Numbered from the stretch's first letter, positions 6,337-14,196 are shown. The stretch is DNA of 32,000 bases from Sedimentisphaera cyanobacteriorum (GCF_001997385.1 NZ_CP019633.1:2100001-2132000), one strand, 5' to 3'. Translations and numbers: made by a program. The notes: generated by a model from the letters alone, not told the origin.

Positions 6337-8113
6337 GATAATCCAGCGTTTTTCCGAGAATCTCCTTCACCACCGGCGCTGAAACCCTTCCGCCGGAATA
6401 GCCCATCCCGAGGCTCCTGTCCGGCTTCCTTATGGATACGAGCACCAAAGCCCTCGGCTCTTCAAACGGAGCCCCGCCCACGAAAGAAGCAGTGTAATGC
6501 TTATTGCTGTACTGACCGGTGGCAGGGTCGTATATGTTGGCGGTGCCGGTTTTGCCGAAAACGGTGTATTCCTCCATTGCTGCATTCTTTCCCGTCCCGT
6601 CTTCTGAGTTTACCACGCCGGCGAGGGCATCCATTATAAAATCGCAGGTGTCTTTAGAGAAGATCTTTCCGTATCGCTCAAAGTCTGCCCCGAGCTGCTG
6701 TACGGTATTCCCGTCGTTGTCAATCACCGCTTTGGCAAGGTATGGACGCACAGACCGTCCGCCGTTTGCTGCTGCGCAGTAGCCCCTGAGGATTTGTATT
6801 CCGGTAATCCCGATTTCCTGCCCGAACGGGATCCTTGTAACTGAATATCCCGTCCATTTGTCCAAAGACCTTATCTCCGGGCTCCTCTCTCCCGGGAGGT
6901 CTATATCGGTTTTGTAGGTAAAGCCGATCTTTTCGAGGCATTCGTAAAGCCCTTCTTTGCCCAGAATAAGCCCGATCTTTGCCATCCCGATATTGCTCGA
7001 ATTAACCAGAATCTCCTTGAGAGAGAGATTTCCGTAGCGATGGTAGTTGTATTCCTTAATTCGCCCGGAGCCTCTTCTGTAGAACATTCCGTCTTCGCAG
7101 TCTATTATTCTGCCCTTGCTCACAGCGTTCATATCAACGGCTCCCGCCATAATCAGCGGCTTAACCACACTGCCCGGCTCAAAGAGGTCGGTAATTGCTC
7201 TGTTCCGCCGGCTTGAAGGCTCAGATTCCTCGAGGTTTTCGGGATCGTAGTTCGGGTAGTTTGCCATCGCCATCACGCCGCCTGTCTGCGGATTCATAAC
7301 TATTGCAAACCCGGATTCCGCCTTAAACTTTTTACACCTTTTCTCAATCGCCTCACGGGCGAACATCTGAATTACAGAATCGAGATTCAGTATAATGCTT
7401 TTGCCGTTTTTAGCCCCTCTCGACCCGCTGAGCCTGCTTACAGGTCTTCGGCCTGAATCTACCAGAAACTTCTGCTCGCCTTTTTCGCCTGAGAGCAGAT
7501 CGAAATAATACCGCTCGAGCCCTTCGCTGCCGGCCTTCTGCTGGCCTGCATACCCCACAGTATGGCAGAAAAGCCTCCCCATCGGATACTCGCGCTGCCA
7601 GCGGTAGTCTATGCCCGTGCCGTATAATCTTGAGCGGGTTATTTCATCGGAGTTTTCATCCCAGCGATACTCGAAGAGCTTGTCGAATTTCGTCCTCTGC
7701 TGCTGAGATATTCCTTCTTTTACGACAATATGCCTGTATCTGTCTTTCGGGGTGTTGTAAATTTTCTTCTCTATGCTGCAATCCGGCAGCCCCAGAAGCT
7801 CTTCAAGCTTTGCGATAGTCTCGTAACGGGCGGTGTAATGCCGGCGTGATTCATTCTTGTAAGGGCTCAGCATAGCTTCCCCGTCTATAAACACATCCTC
7901 CTTGAGCTTGCTTACCGCCAGAAGATTGCCCCTTGCATCAACGATTACGCCCCTTCTTGTCCGCTTATTAACTGTAAGCTCGAACGCATCGAGCCTTTTC
8001 TCAAAAGCAGGCCTGTGCTCTGAAACTATCATAACGCACTTAACCGCCGCAGCGCAGGCCGCTGCAAGGATTAAGGCAAATATAAGATTCATCCTGTGAT
8101 TGTTTTTTTTCAA
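6302..8113 (-). CDS. Class B penicillin-binding protein / peptidoglycan D,D-transpeptidase, FtsI-like
   Basis: N-terminal TM segment plus transpeptidase motifs SxxK (GSVVKP), SxN (NSSNIG) and KTG (GKTGTA). 603 aa. Confidence 0.85.
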   Translation of the reverse strand: MKKNNHRMNLIFALILAAACAAAVKCVMIVSEHRPAFEKRLDAFELTVNKRTRRGVIVDARGNLLAVSKLKEDVFIDGEAMLSPYKNESRRHYTARYETIAKLEELLGLPDCSIEKKIYNTPKDRYRHIVVKEGISQQQRTKFDKLFEYRWDENSDEITRSRLYGTGIDYRWQREYPMGRLFCHTVGYAGQQKAGSEGLERYYFDLLSGEKGEQKFLVDSGRRPVSRLSGSRGAKNGKSIILNLDSVIQMFAREAIEKRCKKFKAESGFAIVMNPQTGGVMAMANYPNYDPENLEESEPSSRRNRAITDLFEPGSVVKPLIMAGAVDMNAVSKGRIIDCEDGMFYRRGSGRIKEYNYHRYGNLSLKEILVNSSNIGMAKIGLILGKEGLYECLEKIGFTYKTDIDLPGERSPEIRSLDKWTGYSVTRIPFGQEIGITGIQILRGYCAAANGGRSVRPYLAKAVIDNDGNTVQQLGADFERYGKIFSKDTCDFIMDALAGVVNSEDGTGKNAAMEEYTVFGKTGTANIYDPATGQYSNKHYTASFVGGAPFEEPRALVLVSIRKPDRSLGMGYSGGRVSAPVVKEILGKTLDYLNVPPENTAEE

Positions 8114-8259
8114 GGGCGTTTCCTGCGTTTTTGCGTGTTAGTAAGCCGATTTAATTTTAGCAATTAAGGTTTGGCTGTCCAATACAATAGCAAAATCAAA
8201 TCCAATGGCAAAAAGGGCAGAAGGCGGACGCAACAGGCGGACAGTTGATTTTGCGAGCC

Positions 8260-8401
8260 CGCAGCGAAATTTATTATCCACAGATATTATGTTTTTTTTA
8301 CCACGAAACACACTAGGATATGGTTTTGGCTGAATTGATGGGCTTAGCTGGTAAACGATCTCGCGGATTTATGTCGCAGCGAAATTAAATTATCCACAGA
8401 T
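8260..8401 (+). repeat. Two copies of a ~26-bp direct repeat (CGCAGCGAAATT.A.TTATCCACAGAT), each containing a perfect DnaA-box consensus TTATCCACA
   Basis: Copies at 8260-8285 and 8375-8401. TTATCCACA lies at 8274-8282 and 8390-8398, in the same orientation. Confidence 0.85.
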
Positions 8402-8562
8402 TGCACTGATGGCACAGATAATTTTAAGAATGTAAAGCCCTTCTATAAAACAATTTATATCAAAATACTTCGCGGGCCTCGAGCACTTCGTGGTTTCAAA
8501 CAAATTACAATAAATCTTCGTGCCATTCGAGCCCTTCGTAGTTCAAATCCAATCCCACGTGG
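8309..8562 (+). repeat. Intergenic repeat family B, copy 1, with a downstream array of CTTCGTG-like heptamers
   Basis: The core 8408-8506 aligns with 14027-14122 at roughly 75-80% by eye. Weaker similarity links 8309-8370 to 13981-14026. CTTCGCG lies at 8468, CTTCGTG at 8486 and 8516, CTTCGTA at 8534, CCACGTGG at 8555. Confidence 0.7.
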
Positions 8563-8711
8563 TTTAAAAAAATTACCCGCCCAAAAATATTGCCGCAGAC
8601 AAATGTGCAAAGAGCAAAATTTTCTTGAAAAACGTATTAAGTTTGGTAGAATGAAATATAAGATAAAGTTTATGCTCTAATAATTAATTAACATAAATCG
8701 AAAGGTGAGTT

Positions 8712-9634
8712 ATGAGGAATTTGACTGTTTCAGTGTTTTTGGCAATTTTACTGCTTTCGGTAAATGTGTATTCTTTTGAAATTATCGGCTTTGAGCCGCC
8801 GCATTATACGGCATCTCAGGGCTTGCCTGCGCCTTGGACTGCAGGAACGGAAAATGCCGGCATCACAGATGTTAACCCTGTCTTTGACGCTCAGTCACTC
8901 TATGCGGGCGGCGAGGGTTCGACAACTGCCGGAACGATATGCACATATCCATTTGACTTACCCGAAGTGATGAGTTTACTTTTTCTGTAACATTAAGAGC
9001 GCCTTCATACAGTCCTGGTAGTTATGGACATGGCTATGTCGGTTTGGGCGGGGTAAGATTTATAGGTTCTAATGCCATTGGTTCCAGGCTTGGGAATATA
9101 TATTTTGATCTGCAAAAGCCATACGGCTCATCGGTTAGTCCTTCTCATTACAAGATAGTTTACGTAAATTATGATTCTTGGCCATATCCTATAATTGGCA
9201 ATTTCGTAAATGGCGGCACATACACTCTCACCTACAATATCAATTGGCAGCAGAAAACTTCGTCGCTAAATATTCAAGGTACAGGCGGAATTGACATTAC
9301 CGTAAATGCTCAAAACGGGTTAAGCGGAATTAATAGAGACAACTTTGAGGGTGTTGAGCTGTATGGGCACAGCATCCCTGAATCTGCAGGAAATTACAGA
9401 GTGCTTTATGACGATATTATAATCGGCAAAGAGCCTGAAGGGTTGGTCGGAGATTTCAATTCCGATGGAGTTGTTGATTATGAAGATTTTGCTGTTTTCG
9501 CTGTTTGCTGGCTAAGCGAGCTTGGCGGTTTAAATTGGAATTCAGCCTGCAATCTTGATATTGACGGCGACAGTGCAGAAAAAATAGACATCGCAGATTT
9601 GCTCATTTTCAGCGAAAAATGGATTGGGGAATAG
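8712..9634 (+). pseudogene. Secreted protein with C-terminal dockerin-like repeats, split by a frameshift (or sequencing error) near 8957-8990
   Basis: ORF 8712..8990 supplies only a signal peptide plus ~70 aa. The frame of ORF 9044..9634 is open back to 8957 and overlaps it. The track start at 9044 is TTG with no SD. The C-terminus has GDFNSDGVVDYEDFAVFAVCW and DIDGDSAEKIDIADLLIFSEKW. Confidence 0.6.
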
Positions 9635-9733
9635 CGGGCAGTTACCTGTTTACTGTATAAAAATGTGTTAAAACCACGAAGTGCATCAAGACAAGAGATA
9701 TTTATTTGAAACTTCGCCCGGAGGGAAAAAGGG
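9631..9733 (+). repeat. Intergenic repeat family A, copy 1 (~103 bp)
   Basis: Aligns with 11456-11559 with 3 substitutions and 1 indel. It starts at the stop codon of the upstream gene. It contains AAACCACGAAGTGC, the reverse complement of the family B core GCACTTCGTGGTTT. Confidence 0.9.
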
Positions 9734-9913
9734 TTAGGTCTCTTCTTGCGGTATTTTTACAATACTATTGCTTATATTGTTGATGGTTTGTGCTGTGAGG
9801 GCTGTGGTTTGCCATTTTACATTCTCCAGCCTTAGGTCTCAAGCCTGATCGTTGTAAACAAAAGGCGGCGTTGTGCTGTCTTATAATTATAAATATTGGA
9901 TTGAAAGGGAAGT

Positions 9914-11266
9914 ATGATGAAAAAGTTATTTTTGTTGTCGTTTGTTTTAATGTTTGCCTCCGCGGCTTTATTTGCCGGTTCGATCGAAGGTGTGAGCCCT
10001 GCTAATGCGTTAAAGGGGCAAAACGCAGTCATTACATTGGATTGTGAGGGCACGTCTTTCACCACCGATGCTGTCGTTGGTGTGTGGCTGGTTAAAGGCA
10101 GTCAGCTATTAAGCGCCGGTAGCTTTACTGTATTAAGCGATACACAGGTAGAAGCGGAGTTTGACCTGTCCGAAAACATCGATAAGGGTATTTGGGCGGT
10201 TGTTGTGTATTCTGAAGGCGGCGTATTCATTCTTGATGAAGGCTTTACTGTTTACGACCCTGATGTCAATGGTGATGGATTGGTTGATACTGTTGATTTC
10301 AGCCTCTACGCGAAACATTTACTTGAAGTAATGCCGGGATATACCCTTGTGCCGAATCTTGTGGAAATTCCTCAAGCCGATGCCGAGCAGCAGATAACCG
10401 ATGCGGGGCTGGTTTTGGGAACTGTAACCGAAGATTACAGCGATACCGTTTCTGTCGGTCTTGTAATGGATCAGTCGCCGCCCGCGGGGCAGAGTGTGGC
10501 TATCGGTTCAACAGTTGATTTTGTTGTTTCTCTTGGCGAGGAAGTAACCGCCCCTGATATCACATGGGTTTATATAGATGACCCCGGCGTTAGCGGGCAT
10601 GAGGGCTTTACCGGCTATATGAGCAAGTATGAGACAACCAACGCGCAGTATTGCCAATATCTTAATGAAGCCCTTGCATCGGGAGATATTGAGGTACGAG
10701 CTAACAATATAGTTTATGGCACAAGCGGCTCTTACAGCGGGCAAATTTACTTTGATACCTATGCCGCGGATAGTGATAGTCAAATAACCTACAGCGGCGG
10801 CGTTTTCAGTGTACGCACAAGGGACGGCTACGATATGAGCAGTCATCCTGTAGTAGAGGTTAGCTGGTACGGCGCGACGGCTTTCGCCGCCTATTACGGC
10901 TGGCGGCTTCCCACGGAGTGGGAATGGCAGGCGGCTGCTGATTATGACGGCAGCTACACTTACGGCTGCGGCACGAGCATCGACCACAGCAAGGCGAATT
11001 ATGACTGGGATAACCCGCTGGATTTCTCAAACTATCCCTATACGACGCCTGTTGGCTATTACGATGAGTTCGGCTACGGCTTGTGCGATATGGCAGGCAA
11101 CGTGTGGGAATGGACGGACAGTTGGTATTCAACCAGTCAAGACTACCGTGTTCTCCGCGGCGGCAGCTGGGGCTTCAATGTCAGCAACTGTGCCGTCTCG
11201 TACCGGTACGGCCACGACCCGTACAGCACTAACTACTACGACGGGTTTCGTGTCGTTCGTCCGTAG
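9914..11266 (+). CDS. Secreted multidomain protein (dockerin-like repeat, PASTA-like domain, C-terminal FGE-sulfatase/C-type-lectin-fold domain); DGR variable-protein type
   Basis: Signal peptide present. DPDVNGDGLVDTVDFSLY is dockerin-like. VPNLV...AEQQITDAGLVLGTV...VMDQSPPAGQSVAIGSTVDFVVSLG is PASTA-like. The FGE-type fold shows HPVVEVSWYGATAFAAYYGWRLPTEWEWQ, GNVWEWT and RVLRGGSWG...GFRVVRP. Confidence 0.85.
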   Translation: MMKKLFLLSFVLMFASAALFAGSIEGVSPANALKGQNAVITLDCEGTSFTTDAVVGVWLVKGSQLLSAGSFTVLSDTQVEAEFDLSENIDKGIWAVVVYSEGGVFILDEGFTVYDPDVNGDGLVDTVDFSLYAKHLLEVMPGYTLVPNLVEIPQADAEQQITDAGLVLGTVTEDYSDTVSVGLVMDQSPPAGQSVAIGSTVDFVVSLGEEVTAPDITWVYIDDPGVSGHEGFTGYMSKYETTNAQYCQYLNEALASGDIEVRANNIVYGTSGSYSGQIYFDTYAADSDSQITYSGGVFSVRTRDGYDMSSHPVVEVSWYGATAFAAYYGWRLPTEWEWQAAADYDGSYTYGCGTSIDHSKANYDWDNPLDFSNYPYTTPVGYYDEFGYGLCDMAGNVWEWTDSWYSTSQDYRVLRGGSWGFNVSNCAVSYRYGHDPYSTNYYDGFRVVRP

Positions 11267-11343
11267 TCTCTGGATTTAACACTTTGCTCTTTTTTCTTTT
11301 ACACTTTGGGGTGCAGGGGCGTTAGCCGCTGCTCGCGAGAAAA

Positions 11344-11454
11344 TTGAAAAATCGGGAATTGAAAATCATACAGGATTTTTATGATTTCACCCTTTGGGTA
11401 ATGAATCATATAAAAAAATTTCCCAGACACCAGAGATATTCACTCGGCAATTGA
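11344..11454 (+). pseudogene. avd: 5' stub of a DGR accessory gene (Avd-like four-helix-bundle protein), truncated after ~32 codons
   Basis: Reads (L)KNREL-KIIQDFYDFTLWVMNHIKKFPRHQRYSLGN-stop. This matches the Avd N-terminal pattern (Y-D-x3-W ... F-P-R-x2-R-[FY]-x-L-G). Possible TTG starts at 11344 or 11359. The stop coincides with the start of repeat A copy 2. Confidence 0.6.
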
Positions 11455-11455
11455 A

Positions 11456-11559
11456 ATAGTGGGCAGTTACCTGTTTACTGTATAAAAATGTGTTAAAACC
11501 ACAAAGTGCATCAAGACAAGAGATATTTATTTGAAACTCCGCCCGGAGGGGAAAAAGGG
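11456..11559 (+). repeat. Intergenic repeat family A, copy 2 (~104 bp)
   Basis: Near-identical to 9631-9733. Looser similarity continues for ~20 bp (TATTTTTAC at 9751 and 11571). Confidence 0.9.
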
Positions 11560-11639
11560 CAGCTGTCCCCTATTTTTACTGTGAGCCTCCGTGGTTAATA
11601 TATTTTTTCTACCACAAGAAATAGGCAGCTGTCCCCTTA

Positions 11640-13877
11640 CTACCTCTGGGGAAGCGGGGAAAAATACAGATTTTGTATCTTATCATCGCTCAATGCTTTA
11701 TCATACACCCTGAAATCGTCAATGATGCCTTCAAAAGGCAGGTGTCCGCTGCGGTTAATGCCGAGCTGGATCCTGTCTATCTGCGTGTCGCTTGCGTTTA
11801 TACTGCCTGCCAAACTGCCGTTATAGTACAGCTTTGTGGTTTCATTTTCGCAGGCAACTGCAATATGCGTCCATGAATCTTCAACCGCACCGATTATCCC
11901 GTCTTCAGAGCCGTGGTATCTGTAGCTGCCCGGGTTTGTGCCGTCAACGTCAATCTGGAAGGTATCTGCATTGTTATTGCTGCTTGTGTTGAAAAGGCCG
12001 CTGTAATTTGCCTGTCCCAGCTGCTCAGGCTTAACCCAAAGGCTTACCGTATATTCCGGCCAATCGCTGTATCCTAAATCTAATGTAACTTTGTCGTCAA
12101 TTCCGTCGAAATAAAGCCCGCTGTCGGAAATACCCAGCACAGAGCCCTCTTGGAAGTTCGTACCGGAAAGAGTGCCGAATCTCGAATTTTCGCTTGAATC
12201 TGAGGCCTGCGTGCCTGTTTGTTCTTCAAACTTCCACCAGCAGAACATATTATTAAAAAATCCCGGCCAGTCTTTGGAAAAGGCGGATAAATCTATCATA
12301 TCCACAAATCCATCTCCAGAGGAAGAAGGTGCGATATCTGCGAATATATTCTCCGGGGAAGACATCCATTCCTCGCTGAGGAGCATAAAGTCTTCGATAT
12401 CAACCTCCATGTCTGCGTTTATATCCGATTTGCTCATAACCGCTGTTATTTTGGTGAGCGAAATTCCTGGAGCTGAAAAAGTGATCTGATTATCTTGATT
12501 CAGAGAAGGAGACATCCTAATCGATCTGTGCCAGCCGTTATCGCCCTCGGCCATTGATGTTGCAAAAACAGAATCGGGGCTTATATTCCCAAGGTCTATC
12601 GTAAAATCCCTGCTTTCGCTGCTGTCTTTGCTTAGAATCAGAATTACTATCTTCGGGTTTTTAGAATTCTCTGTTCTTTCAGCAAGAGCCCCCAGCACAA
12701 TGGCGTTTTGATGGTCTGAGTCAAAAGTGTGAACCTTCTGACCCTGGATATCCTTGAACATCTGCATTGCAGTGAAGCTCGGCCTGTGTTTGTAAGGTTC
12801 AAACTCAATAAGATTTCTGCCTGAACCCGGCCAGTAGATCGGCCAGATGCAGGCCATATCCACGTTCTTCTCAATGAACATCATCATAATCTCAGACATC
12901 ACCATCGCCTGATCGAAGAAATTGCCGTTATCGCTTTGCGTACCTCCAGACCCGCCGTAATTCCATTCAAGAAATCCAAGCTCAATATGTTCCATGCCCG
13001 TATTCTTGCAGAACTGATGGAAGCTGTCTATTTCTGATTTGTATCCGTCAACGGTGAAATCATTGAGCCACTCGCTTCGCGAGTATTCGCCCCAAGCACC
13101 CGTATTGTAATACAAATGCTTGTCTATAACATCGAAATACTGCCCGTAATCTCTCACCAAGTCCTTTACAGTCCAATGTGAGAGGCCGTGTATATAGTTG
13201 CATATAAGCTTTATGTTCGGGTATTCGTTTTTAATACCAATCGAAAACTGCTTTACAAGCTCCGGATAAGCCCCCGCATCTATATGGTTGGGAAGCCCGC
13301 CCTGATGGCCAACCTCATTATCAAGATAGAGGTAAGTTACATCGAAATCATTCTGCTCGCAGTAATCAAGCATTGCCACCGCCTCATCTATTGAATCCTG
13401 CACTCGGTCGAATTTATAGCCTGCAAGCACGTTTACCCCCAGAATCGGCTCTATATCAAGGTTTTTGCATTGCTGGATATACTCATCCAGATCCATATAT
13501 CCCGAATATCGCTGCTCTCTGACCGCCCTTGAGTCGAATGTTCTTGAAGGGTCCCATAAATCTTCCCAGCCACCGGAGAACGGGTCGTCCCAGTGCCAGA
13601 ATGATACAATGTGCCCGCCCGGATAGCGGAGGGAGGTTACTCCTAAATCTTCCATAGTTTGGGGCAGATACTGGTCTTGCCAGCGTTCGTCCGGCATCCA
13701 GCCGTCCTCCGGCTGATCGGGAACGCAGTAAAGAGTGTTGTAGCCGAAGAGCATCTCATTCACCGTTTTATCCTGCCCGGATACATAATTTATATTCACC
13801 TGTTCAGCCGCGGCAAAAGCTGAGGCTGCCGATATCAATAGGAAAAATGCTTTTTTGGGGATATATCTCATAATCAC
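11640..13877 (-). CDS. Secreted clan GH-A (TIM-barrel) glycoside hydrolase with dockerin-like repeats and C-terminal LamG/concanavalin-like domain; family not resolved
   Basis: Signal peptide present. LRYPGGHIVSFWHWDDP, YLYLDNEVG (acid/base NE) and LGFLEWNYGG (nucleophile E) fit clan GH-A. Dockerin-like DINADMEVDIEDFMLLSEEW and GDGFVDMIDLSAFSKDW follow. The LamG-like tail reads LYFDGIDDKVTL...YTVSLWVKP...WTHIAVA...LYYNGSL...FEGIIDDFRVYDKALS. Confidence 0.75.
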   Translation of the reverse strand: MIMRYIPKKAFFLLISAASAFAAAEQVNINYVSGQDKTVNEMLFGYNTLYCVPDQPEDGWMPDERWQDQYLPQTMEDLGVTSLRYPGGHIVSFWHWDDPFSGGWEDLWDPSRTFDSRAVREQRYSGYMDLDEYIQQCKNLDIEPILGVNVLAGYKFDRVQDSIDEAVAMLDYCEQNDFDVTYLYLDNEVGHQGGLPNHIDAGAYPELVKQFSIGIKNEYPNIKLICNYIHGLSHWTVKDLVRDYGQYFDVIDKHLYYNTGAWGEYSRSEWLNDFTVDGYKSEIDSFHQFCKNTGMEHIELGFLEWNYGGSGGTQSDNGNFFDQAMVMSEIMMMFIEKNVDMACIWPIYWPGSGRNLIEFEPYKHRPSFTAMQMFKDIQGQKVHTFDSDHQNAIVLGALAERTENSKNPKIVILILSKDSSESRDFTIDLGNISPDSVFATSMAEGDNGWHRSIRMSPSLNQDNQITFSAPGISLTKITAVMSKSDINADMEVDIEDFMLLSEEWMSSPENIFADIAPSSSGDGFVDMIDLSAFSKDWPGFFNNMFCWWKFEEQTGTQASDSSENSRFGTLSGTNFQEGSVLGISDSGLYFDGIDDKVTLDLGYSDWPEYTVSLWVKPEQLGQANYSGLFNTSSNNNADTFQIDVDGTNPGSYRYHGSEDGIIGAVEDSWTHIAVACENETTKLYYNGSLAGSINASDTQIDRIQLGINRSGHLPFEGIIDDFRVYDKALSDDKIQNLYFSPLPQR

Positions 13878-13980
13878 CTCTCGAATTTAATTAACCCTTT
13901 TATAACAATATGTTCTTAACTAAATGTTTTATTGTAAAAAAAATTTCCTAAAAAAATATTTTTAAGCGTTATGGTAAAAA

Positions 13981-14122
13981 CACTAAGAGGGTATGTTTTT
14001 GGTAAATTTTTCCGCGGATTCCTGCGGATGGCACAGATAGTTTTATGAATGTAAAGCTATGTTATAAAGCAATTTACAAAAAATCTTCGCGCCTTTGGTG
14101 TGCTTCGTGGTTTAATCAAATT
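13981..14122 (+). repeat. Intergenic repeat family B, copy 2
   Basis: 14027-14122 aligns with 8408-8506. CTTCGCG lies at 14085 and CTTCGTG at 14103. Confidence 0.7.
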
Positions 14123-14138
14123 CCCCTGCCGAAAACAA

Positions 14139-14166
14139 GCGCAGCGTTATTGCACGCTGCGCTTTT
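14139..14166 (-). terminator. Rho-independent terminator downstream of the GH38 gene (hairpin is symmetric, T-runs on both strands)
   Basis: The 8-bp GC-rich stem gcgcagcg/cgctgcgc has an 8-nt loop. It is followed by TTGTTTT on the minus strand and TTTT on the plus strand. Confidence 0.7.
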
Positions 14167-14196
14167 ATGTTCTGAAATATTATCCTAACGGGGCGA

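Noticed and set aside
8411-8430. TGGCAC in both family B repeats (also at 14030) could be a sigma-54 -24 element.
   Set aside because: No TTGC-type -12 element lies at the required spacing in either copy. Orientation relative to the adjacent genes is also inconsistent.
8113-8711. This region could be the chromosomal replication origin, because of the two perfect DnaA boxes and the AT-rich tract.
   Set aside because: There are only two boxes and they are copies of one duplicated unit. No further near-consensus boxes were seen, no dnaA or dnaN is nearby, and GC skew cannot be assessed from 32 kb. It is kept only as a DnaA-box observation.
10508-11279. Antisense and alternate-frame ORFs (10508..10987, 10860..11132, 10944..11279) lie within the DGR-type target gene.
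   Set aside because: They are Arg/Ala/Thr-rich translations typical of off-frame reading of a GC-richer coding segment. The + strand frame of 9914..11266 carries clear domain motifs.
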